Shown here piece by piece: positions 43,527 to 51,383 of a stretch of 64,000 bases of DNA. The translations under genes were made by a program, and so were the position numbers. This DNA comes from a virus (lineage: Duplodnaviria; Caudoviricetes), in IMG/VR virus record IMGVR_UViG_3300028833_000064, positions 96,001-160,000 of that record, one strand, 5' to 3'. Positions within the stretch are counted from its first letter, which is position 1; each line of letters begins with the position of its first letter. The notes beneath the pieces were generated by a model. That model did not search any database. It was not told the DNA's origin and saw only the letters and a list, made by a program, of their open reading frames with translations.

Positions 43527-44046
43527 ATTATTACTAAAGTGTGTTGTGAATGCACTTATAGTCTAACACATAACCTATTTCAGTGTATTCCAAAGCGAAT
43601 ATCTTTTTCAAATGCCGATAACCTCTCCCCACTATACTGCACATAAACGTATCAAGGGTTATTTAACACTGTGCTGTGTTGAGGTATCAAACACTATCAA
43701 GGACTAACCATTTGTGTGTTTTTCTTCACACCAACATCACTTTAGGGAAACATTCCTCTAACTATTCTTTCCCGTTCTCGGTCGCTTCCAATTCCGATAT
43801 TAGGTAGTTGTCTTACATCACCTGAACATCCGGTCGACAACGGGGCGAGCATAAATTTTCCGGATATCTTTTCCAAACTTTCATTGTTTATAGGAACAAC
43901 ATTTGGGTTTCGGGTTTCACTTATTCAGGCTCCGATTGAGTAATAATAGAGCGTGAACGTGAACATTTCATGTATATAATACTATAATTTCTCTGCCTAT
44001 AACACCTCGGATGAAAATTCCGAGCCCTATTCCTTATAGTATTTTG

Positions 44047-44119
44047 TGGACCCACTGGGAATCGAACCCAGACTTAAGGCTTGCAAAGCCCTCGTGCTTG
44101 CCGTTATCACTATAGGCCC
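44047..44119 (-). tRNA. tRNA-Ala(TGC)
   Basis: Loop TTTGCAA, G3.U70. Confidence 0.88.
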
Positions 44120-44185
44120 ATATAGAAAGACTTTTTGACACAAATTTCTCAAATCTGACTAAGAGAAGTAACAATGTTTGCATAC

Positions 44186-44345
44186 CAAGATTCTTTAACC
44201 CCCAAAGTGGGATTTTTCAAAATTTGTGCCGGACGGTCTTATCTTCGTCCAAGGGGTACAAACCGGAGAAAATTACCGGAGAAATACCGAGGTTAATTGA
44301 AACGTTTACTTTATGTATTTGTAAATCGTTGCTGTTTGAATCTTT
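44186..44345 (-). ncRNA. free-standing CAGCAA-module RNA, long cargo
   Basis: AAAGATTC-AAACAGCAA...GAATCTTG (compensatory stem). Confidence 0.7.
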
Positions 44346-44359
44346 AACAAACAATATTG

Positions 44360-44431
44360 AGCCGATGGAGGGATTTGAACCCCCGACCTGATGCTTACAA
44401 GGCAACTGCTCTACCCCTGAGCTACATCGGC
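44360..44431 (-). tRNA. tRNA-Thr(TGT)
   Basis: Loop CTTGTAA. Confidence 0.88.
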
Positions 44432-44435
44432 ATTT

Positions 44436-44497
44436 ACAAGGTTCACTTTTATGAGTCGAACATAATATAACCAAAAATAGTTGCTGTATGAACCTTT
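44436..44497 (-). ncRNA. free-standing CAGCAA-module RNA enclosing a T-arm
   Basis: AAAGGTTC-ATACAGCAA...TTATG-TTCGACT-CATAA...GAACCTTGT. Confidence 0.75.
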
Positions 44498-44549
44498 AAT
44501 TTAGTGAGCAATGAGCAGTCTCCCACTCAAAACCCAATTTCCTCTTTTG

Positions 44550-45325
44550 GAAAGCCTGAGAACTTAGGCAAAGTTGTCACCATTACACGATAGTTGGACA
44601 TCGTTGTTCACAGTATGTATTTCTACATCCTAGGTGACATGTGCTTCAGTTTTGTGAAAACTGACAAACTCTTACTGCTTGATATCGTAGATTTCCGTTC
44701 TCCACCGACCGTCCTGCATAAGACTTCTGAAGATGCCTCCTCATTGTTCGATGATTACTTGTACTTTCTTGTCTTCAACCTTGCAAGTCTCCGACACCCC
44801 CGTGTTACAGAGGGACAAGCACATTTTCTACCAAACAGTGTCGTGCTCTTTTGCTTTTTTTCAAAAATAAAAAATAATTGAATCTTAGCCTTTTTGATAA
44901 CTGTTTTTAGAAAGATGTGGCACGACTTTGGTCATTCCTACCTTTTGAGTAAGACCCAACCAACACCTTTCTATGTTTCATCGTTCCCCAACGACTCCAC
45001 ATTCTCCGTTTCGTTCCATACAATTTCTCATACAGAACTAATCCTTTGTAATACTTGCAATTGATAGGGAAATCTTTCACAAGTACCTGCTAAAGACATC
45101 TATTGTACTTTCATACTCAAACCAGGTTTTACCCGATTGTCATCTGCTTCATCCTCATCATTTGACATTGGATTTCCCACAGACAACGTGCCCTAGCACT
45201 TTTCAACAGATTGCATCTTTCGATACAACGCCACATCCCGTTTATCTCGGATATGACTTTATCCCATTGCTGGATTATCCTTTGGTCAAGTCCGAAGACT
45301 TAACACTGGTTCTGAAAGCGAACCT
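44550..45325 (-). ncRNA. candidate large structured ncRNA (GOLLD-sized)
   Basis: About 780 nt between tRNAs with no credible ORF and many hairpins; ends approximate. Confidence 0.45.
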
Positions 45326-45331
45326 TTTTTG

Positions 45332-45404
45332 TAGCGGGGGGTGGATTCGAACCACCGACCTTCGGGTTATGGGCCCGACGAGCTGGCCTCTGCTCCACCC
45401 CGCT
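45332..45404 (-). tRNA. initiator-type tRNA-Met(CAT)
   Basis: GGG/CCC in anticodon stem, loop CCCATAA. Confidence 0.85.
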
Positions 45405-45418
45405 ATGTTTCATTTTAG

Positions 45419-45491
45419 CGGGAACAGTAGGGTTCGAACCTACGACCATCACCTTAACAGGGTGCCGCTCTACCAGCTGAGCTATGTTCCC
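45419..45491 (-). tRNA. tRNA-Asn(GTT)
   Basis: Loop CTGTTAA. Confidence 0.88.
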
Positions 45492-45517
45492 AATTACCAA
45501 TACTTGTTACCAAACTA

Positions 45518-45597
45518 GCGGTACAAGAGGACTCGAACCTCTGGTCTCCAACGTCCGTAAGGTCGTTGACGTTCTTCCCCATTAAACTATGCACCTG
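45518..45597 (-). ncRNA. tRNA-like RNA with an extended anticodon arm
   Basis: TCAACG-A-CC-TTAC-GG-A-CGTTGG instead of a 5-bp stem and 7-nt loop. Confidence 0.6.
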
Positions 45598-45655
45598 GAC
45601 TTCCTATCATCATTGTGACTTGACCGGTATTCACAACTACTTTCAAAAATCTTAG

Positions 45656-45728
45656 CGGTCCATACGGGACTCGAACCCGTGTCGCCGCCGTGACAGGGCG
45701 GTATGCTAAACCACTACACCAATGGACC
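45656..45728 (-). tRNA. tRNA-Asp(GTC)
   Basis: Loop CTGTCAC. Confidence 0.9.
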
Positions 45729-45764
45729 ATTTCTATTTATGAAAAAGTTTTTTTAGGAAATTTT

Positions 45765-45837
45765 ACAAGGTTCACTTTTTTATCTTGGCATCTGAAATAT
45801 GGTTCGGATTAGATTTTTTATTGCTGTATGAACCTTT
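45765..45837 (-). ncRNA. free-standing CAGCAA-module RNA
   Basis: AAAGGTTC-ATACAGCAA...GAACCTTGT. Confidence 0.75.
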
Positions 45838-45845
45838 AAATGTGT

Positions 45846-45913
45846 ACAAGAATCTTTTCCTGAGTCATTCAAAAACACTGAATTTCATAGAAATTGTTGC
45901 TGTATGATTCTTT
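45846..45913 (-). ncRNA. free-standing CAGCAA-module RNA
   Basis: AAAGAATC-ATACAGCAA...GATTCTTGT. Confidence 0.75.
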
Positions 45914-46006
45914 ATCTACACGATTTCCTTATTTATTATTTTTCCCTAACAATATAAATATAACAAAAAATTCAAGAAATTTTAATTTTTTTGAATTTTT
46001 TTTTTG

Positions 46007-46078
46007 AGCAGATGAGCAGAATCGAACCGCCATCTCCAGCTTGGCAAGCTGATGCACTAACCATTGTGCTACATCTGC
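46007..46078 (-). tRNA. tRNA-Gly(GCC)
   Basis: Loop TTGCCAA. Confidence 0.88.
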
Positions 46079-46086
46079 ATAAAAAG

Positions 46087-46173
46087 CGGAGAGGGAGGGA
46101 TTCGAACCCCCGGAGGCTGTTACACCCCAACGGTTTTCAAGACCGCCACCATAAGCCACTCGGCCACCTCTCC
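46087..46173 (-). tRNA. tRNA-Ser(TGA)
   Basis: Loop CTTGAAA, variable arm, G73. Confidence 0.92.
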
Positions 46174-46298
46174 AATTGTCGTTTCTGTCTTTGTTGCAGA
46201 AGACTAACGACTGTGTGGAAACTGTCTCCTGACATACGATGCAACTCTACGTATATCTACTGAACGTGATGACAACCACAATCCTTCACGTGAATTTG

Positions 46299-46417
46299 TC
46301 GGGTGGAGGGGAATCGAACCCACTGTCACGGCTACCAAAAAGCAAAGAACGTATTGCTGCAAGATTCTTTCACAAGAATCAAATAAATACGTGTCCTAAC
46401 CACTAGACGACCACCCA
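46299..46417 (-). tRNA. tRNA-Gln(TTG) with a 46-nt CAGCAA module at 28/29
   Basis: Removing 46344-46389 restores CGGCT-TTTTGGT-AGCCG. Confidence 0.83.
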
Positions 46418-46419
46418 AG

Positions 46420-46506
46420 CGGAGAGGGAGGGATTCGAACCCCCGAGCCCCTTACGGGACTACCGGTTTAGCAAACCGGGGCATTCGGCCACTCTGCCAC
46501 CTCTCC
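46420..46506 (-). tRNA. tRNA-Ser(GCT)
   Basis: Loop TTGCTAA, variable arm. Confidence 0.92.
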
Positions 46507-46812
46507 AAATTTGTGTGTCTTAACACGGATTACCACACATTTAATGAAATTTCGGAGTCTCCTTCGGCCGTATCTTCCAGTGCATGTCCTATCTGATTGG
46601 GTTTGAATATGCTCTCAAATACCCACAGAGTCAAAAGACCAACGTATCGCTATCTGACATCGAATAAGACTGTATTCTTATAACCAGCTTGTACTTTATG
46701 TTCCATCCACGTTGGTATCGTAACACAAAGGGAGTTTGTAGTCATTAGCATCGGACAAACCAAACCTTTCCGAAAATTAATCCGATGACTGGGAGCGGCC
46801 CAGCGATTTTTG

Positions 46813-46885
46813 TGCCATCGAAAGGAGTCGAACCTATATACATTGGGTTTTTAACCCAATCACTCTACCATTGAGTTACGACGAC
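46813..46885 (-). ncRNA. atypical tRNA (anticodon arm 2 nt too long, AAA centre)
   Basis: ATTGGG-TTAAAAA-CCCAAT. Confidence 0.55.
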
Positions 46886-46889
46886 ATTT

Positions 46890-47225
46890 ACCATCGTTTT
46901 GGTACGATGGTGAGAACCTGCCCTTAAAGACATTGGTCTAAACTACCACCGATTAGGCGGCAGCGAGCATCACCATGTTATTGGTGTTGTTATTGTAGTT
47001 GCCATTTACTGACAAGATGAGTCTCTACACCTTTCATACTTATACAGTATCAAATCCAAGTCATCCCCGTGTTACCTTGGCGGTTCGGTCTCGTATAGAC
47101 CGCCCAAGGTTGAGTGTTCTGCTATTTGTATCGGACTTACAATTGATACCGAAGTCAGGGCGAACACTGAATAAACTGGTGGAGATGTTGGGGTTCGAAC
47201 CCAAGTCTACCATACTTTCCTAAAA
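46890..47225 (-). ncRNA. ssrA: circularly permuted (two-piece) tmRNA
   Basis: T arm plus CATCTCC-A-CCA (ends 47177) lies upstream of 5' GGGGATG (47068); tag GNYNNNTNNMVMLAAA* at 47003-46953; outer ends approximate. Confidence 0.88.
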
Positions 47226-47245
47226 GTTTCAAACGAAACCCATTT

Positions 47246-47288
47246 GTGATGTCACGGGAATCGAACCCGTCGTTATTCCAAAAACATC
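47246..47288 (-). ncRNA. acceptor/T-arm minihelix
   Basis: GATGTT...ACGGG-TTCGATT-CCCGT-GACATC. Confidence 0.5.
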
Positions 47289-47329
47289 TGATTCTATTTA
47301 TGTTTTTTTATTTTCGAAATTTTTTTTAG

Positions 47330-47403
47330 TACTGACGGATGGGCTTGAACCATCGACCCCCATCTTATAAGGATGGTGCTCTAACCGACTGAGCTACGTC
47401 AGT
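47330..47403 (-). tRNA. tRNA-Ile(TAT)
   Basis: Loop CTTATAA. Confidence 0.85.
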
Positions 47404-47670
47404 ATTTTGTTGAACATCACACCGGAACTCCCTTTGGTAATTGCTTAATGGATATTCCACTTTATCCATCCAACACTTACTGTGTTGTTGTTGGTTATCT
47501 GTTCCGATTACAAGCAGCACACTTGATGATGTGGAAGAAAAGTCTTACTTTGTTCACGGTTATTTGCCATTCACCATTACTCCAACCGTACCGACTACCT
47601 ATCAGCAATCGAGGTTTTACGTCAGTCGTATTGACCCATTTGATAAGACATCCTGTGATTTCCAACATTG

Positions 47671-47744
47671 TGGTCCTGGAGGGACTTGAACCCCCGACCC
47701 GCTGATTATGAGTCAGCCGCTCTAACCAACTGAGCTACAGGACC
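47671..47744 (-). tRNA. tRNA-Ile2/Met(CAT)
   Basis: Loop CTCATAA. Confidence 0.88.
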
Positions 47745-47756
47745 GATTATGTTTTG

Positions 47757-48093
47757 TACTCCGAGTGGGACTTGAACCCACACGCCCTTTCGGGCAACAA
47801 ATTTTCATACCACACTTACTTTTACATAAGCCATCTACTTGAGATGTTGTAGTCTGGACTATTTCTTAACCATGCCTTTCGGTTTAGGTCTCCACCTATA
47901 TAGTCTCTACGCCATTTACACATTTCTGTGCTTTAGAGAGTCATCGCCAAAGATTATGTCACCACAATCGAGGTTTCTGTTTGTTAGGGCAGATTCTACA
48001 TCCCAACAATTAATCTTGTTGTTTTCTCTTTTCAGAAATGGATGCACTCTTTTTTATCAAAGTCTGTCGTGTCTACCATTCCACCACCGGAGC
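47757..48093 (-). tRNA. tRNA-Leu(TAA) split by a group I intron
   Basis: ACAGA-CTT^AAAA-TTTGT, variable arm. Confidence 0.9.
47806..48059 (-). mobile_element. group I intron (254 nt) in tRNA-Leu(UAA)
   Basis: Inserted after U34, terminal G, P7 elements GAGACTA / AATAGTC. Confidence 0.85.
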
Positions 48094-48105
48094 AGATTTA
48101 CTTAG

Positions 48106-48224
48106 TACTCAAGTGGGAGTCGAACCCATGGAAATACATCCCCCCAATGACTTTGTTCCCAAGCCACCAAAGCACACGAGTCTGTGTACGGGCAGCACGT
48201 CGTCCCATTGTCATCACTTGAGTA
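48106..48224 (-). ncRNA. tRNA-like RNA with expanded core
   Basis: TACTCAAG/CTTGAGTA acceptor plus T arm. Confidence 0.55.
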
Positions 48225-48767
48225 TCTCATCCGTTGTATATTCCGAAGGAATGTCGATGTTTATCCCTTATTATTTTTCCATCGACTCACATTCGGGTCG
48301 TGATGTTTCCATTCAGAAAACACAACAGACGATTTTGAGAATTTTTCTTCACTCAATCGGATTGGCCTAACCCGAAAAGCAAAGGCGACCTTTATAGACA
48401 TTTAGAGGAATCTTTCATATGGGTTGTACACCCCACCACCTTCTTTCATTTTATTGGTGGTCTCTCCCTCATTTAGTTCGGTCATAACATTCTTCATGGT
48501 GAGGTTGATTCTTGGTTTAACGTCTTCCACAAGTCACGGACGTATGGCTTAGGAATGGAATCTCCACTCTACCTCAACATACGGATTGGATTTCTATGCC
48601 CTATAGGGCAAAACCTTAATCCCCTGTGTTTAAACACATATTTTCTCTCTCCTGGGGATACTCGATTTTACGAGTGTACCATTTGAAGAAGATGACACGA
48701 TTTGGGTCACATTTCTCATTTACCATCTATAACACCCACATGGGTAGGAAGAGGGTTTGAACCGTCG

Positions 48768-49607
48768 TCAGATGGTGTAACGGCAATTCCGGAATGAAGT
48801 TTCTTCGTTAAAACCGTGCTTTCTTATTTTCAGGAGATTCTCACTCCATTCTTTTGATTTACGGCCTTGTATAATTTCGTGAAGAAGACCCTCTTCTTTT
48901 TCGAGTTTCTCCCTTTTTTTCTCTCTCACGGACTTCTTGTAGGCGGAATCACGCTCATATCTTGCCCGTGAGTATTCGGGAGTTTTCTTTCCGAACTCTA
49001 TAACTTCACCATCAATGACGGGATGAGCCTTTCGACATAGTTCGACAGGTAAAGGATAGAAAGACACCATTTTCGAAATTTTTTCGTACTCTTGTGGCGT
49101 TATCGTCTCGGTGAAAAGACGATGTAGTCTGTCCTTTCCAATCTTTTTTTCTAGACTCAAGATTTCAGTCTTGGTGAAGTTCTCCACATTAAAGGTATAT
49201 CCTGTCACAACTCTATTGTCAATGAAAGCTTTTTGCACTTTTTTGTGAAACATTGAGACTCTCTCATTTTTGGTGATATTTCCGACTTCATCAACAACAT
49301 ATTCGTTGTATTTTGAATGTGGATGTGTAATAGGATAAAGTTCTGAGTGTATCAAGAAATAACCGTCATAACCATATCCGAATTTTTCACGGATGTTATG
49401 GTTGAGGGTTCGTCGACACTCACCGTAGTTTTCTCCGACATGTTTTTCCCAAAATCTGTTGATATAGGAGAAAACATTACTTCTACGACACCACTTCTTC
49501 TCATAAAAGTCATAGAAATCACCATTTTTTTTACCGCTGTAACAGAATGTGTCCTTTGTGCAGGATGCATGTTGTACGGATTCTTCGTTTTTTTTAATTT
49601 TTTTCAT
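48768..49607 (-). CDS. basic hypothetical protein
   Basis: 279-aa ORF inside the RNA island. Confidence 0.65.
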   Translation of the reverse strand: MKKIKKNEESVQHASCTKDTFCYSGKKNGDFYDFYEKKWCRRSNVFSYINRFWEKHVGENYGECRRTLNHNIREKFGYGYDGYFLIHSELYPITHPHSKYNEYVVDEVGNITKNERVSMFHKKVQKAFIDNRVVTGYTFNVENFTKTEILSLEKKIGKDRLHRLFTETITPQEYEKISKMVSFYPLPVELCRKAHPVIDGEVIEFGKKTPEYSRARYERDSAYKKSVREKKREKLEKEEGLLHEIIQGRKSKEWSENLLKIRKHGFNEETSFRNCRYTI

Positions 49608-49698
49608 AGTATTTATCCTTAGTGTTATATACTTCGGATAAAACTAGAATTATAAATTTCGTGATTCATTTTTTTTACTTTTTAAACGTTAATATTTG

Positions 49699-49783
49699 TG
49701 CCCAAGGTGGGACTCGAACCCACACCCCCTCAACGAGGACAACATTTTGAGTGTTGAGTGTCTACCAATTCCACCACTTGGAC
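49699..49783 (-). tRNA. tRNA-Leu(CAA)
   Basis: Loop CTCAAAA, variable arm. Confidence 0.9.
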
Positions 49784-49788
49784 ATTTG

Positions 49789-49861
49789 AGCCCCATACCG
49801 GATTCGAACCGGCGACCTACTGCTTACGAGGCAGCCGCTCTACCGGCTGAGCTAACGGGGC
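49789..49861 (-). tRNA. tRNA-Thr(CGT)
   Basis: Loop CTCGTAA. Confidence 0.88.
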
Positions 49862-49868
49862 AAAAACT

Positions 49869-49966
49869 AGGGAAGTGAATGGGATTGAACCCGTATCATC
49901 CGACATGCACACGCTCTGAAAGAAGTGCAAGTCTCAGATTTCACCCCCTGACGACCATTATTCCCC
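49869..49966 (-). ncRNA. degenerate tRNA-like RNA with expanded core
   Basis: GGGAATAAT-like terminal helix plus ACGGG-TTCAAT-CCCAT T arm. Confidence 0.4.
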
Positions 49967-50106
49967 AAAGGTGATTTGTCGTCAATATATCCTTATCTCC
50001 AATATGTCAAAGAACTTTTGGAACTTTCGTTCCTCAATTTCAAAGATACTATTCTTTTTTGATTTTTTCAAAAAGATTGCATCTTTTTTGAAATCTTTTT
50101 TTTTTG

Positions 50107-50181
50107 TACCCCGTACAGGATTCGAACCTGTGACCTATGACTTAGAAGGACATCGCTCTAATCCTACTGAGCTAACGGGGC
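50107..50181 (-). tRNA. tRNA-Arg(TCT)
   Basis: Loop CTTCTAA. Confidence 0.88.
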
Positions 50182-50276
50182 ATATTTTTATCTCATCAGA
50201 TTAAATATAACAAAAAATCTGAAAAAATTATTTTTTCAATGTACTCTCGTGATTTTCTTTCATGGTTTAAAAGATA

Positions 50277-50639
50277 CTATTTATTTTTCAAACTATTAAA
50301 AAAATTTTCAACTTTTTTATTTATGTCGGGGTTTTCTTGAAGAAGTTTTTTTGAAACAAGCACGTATTCATCACAGTCATATATCTTTGACTGAGCCTCC
50401 CTCCACAACCGTTCCACTTCTTCTTCCGTCTCTCTCACATAGTATCCTTCAACGGGACAATCATCCCAACCTGTATAATATCTCACATATACTTTCCCAT
50501 CCTTTTGGGTTTTTACTCCGGCGAAATTTTCGGTGTCCTGCCATTCTTCTTCGCCGGTTTTTAAATCATGGACACAAAATGATGTTGTGTGTACCATATC
50601 TACTTCGACTCTTACCTTTTCATCTTTATATATTTCCAT
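50277..50639 (-). CDS. hypothetical protein
   Basis: ORF between tRNAs. Confidence 0.6.
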   Translation of the reverse strand: MEIYKDEKVRVEVDMVHTTSFCVHDLKTGEEEWQDTENFAGVKTQKDGKVYVRYYTGWDDCPVEGYYVRETEEEVERLWREAQSKIYDCDEYVLVSKKLLQENPDINKKVENFFNSLKNK

Positions 50640-50658
50640 ATCTTATATTATTTAGTAG

Positions 50659-50730
50659 TGCCAGTATACGGACTCGAACCGTAATCTGAGCTTTAGGAGA
50701 GCCCAGTTCTATCCTGTTGAACTATACCGG
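50659..50730 (-). tRNA. tRNA-Arg(CCT)
   Basis: Loop CTCCTAA. Confidence 0.88.
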
Positions 50731-51383
50731 CATATAAATTAACAAGGAACAATCTTACCAAAATTACCGTCTTGTGCAATAAGAGGTATCACAACTTCCA
50801 TGTGTGAGAACTCACTTTCATCGTTTATATTGTCCCATAACGGGTTTTTCGAAAAAACGAGACAATCACTGCCAGAAGACATATTTCCAAAAATGATGAG
50901 TCTTTCAATTGGAAGTTCACCGTCAATACATGTTTTACATGCTTCAATTTCAGAAAGAACTTTATCAAATTCTCTGATAAATCCCCATTCCTGAGACTTG
51001 GAATTTTCACTCACGTTATATGTGACGTAAAACCCATAAACATCACGATTTCCCAATTTCTCAAAATCTTTAATTTCTTTTTCTAAATAATCTCTTTTCA
51101 TATTTATTAAATTGAAATATTGATATTTTCTGGAAGTTCAAGAACACAATAACCTAATATTTCAGTATTGTCCCATTCATTTTCTAAAAAATAGTTATGT
51201 GCAAATATTGTAATAGATGGATATATAGAAACATATATAATACGTTCTTTTTCCTCCAAAATCTTATTCCCATAATAGTCAAATTTTTTTTCCTTAATGT
51301 GACAAAGGAAATATTTTCCTTTGTCACGTAGGAAATTTATAGTCTCATTATTTACTCGTTTAGGTTCTTCAAAATATTCAAAT

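Noticed and set aside
43730-43770. RNase P RNA (GAGGAATGT resembles the conserved GAGGAAAGUCC)
   Set aside because: Poor match and no 3' conserved region found.
41911-45913. CRISPR array interpretation of the CAGCAA repeats
   Set aside because: Copies are dispersed, permuted and covarying, with no regular repeat-spacer period and no cas genes.
37689-50204. Many 60-140 aa ORFs in the tRNA island from the ORF track
   Set aside because: They are translations of tRNA or ncRNA sequence (e.g. GSNP, FEP motifs from T arms).
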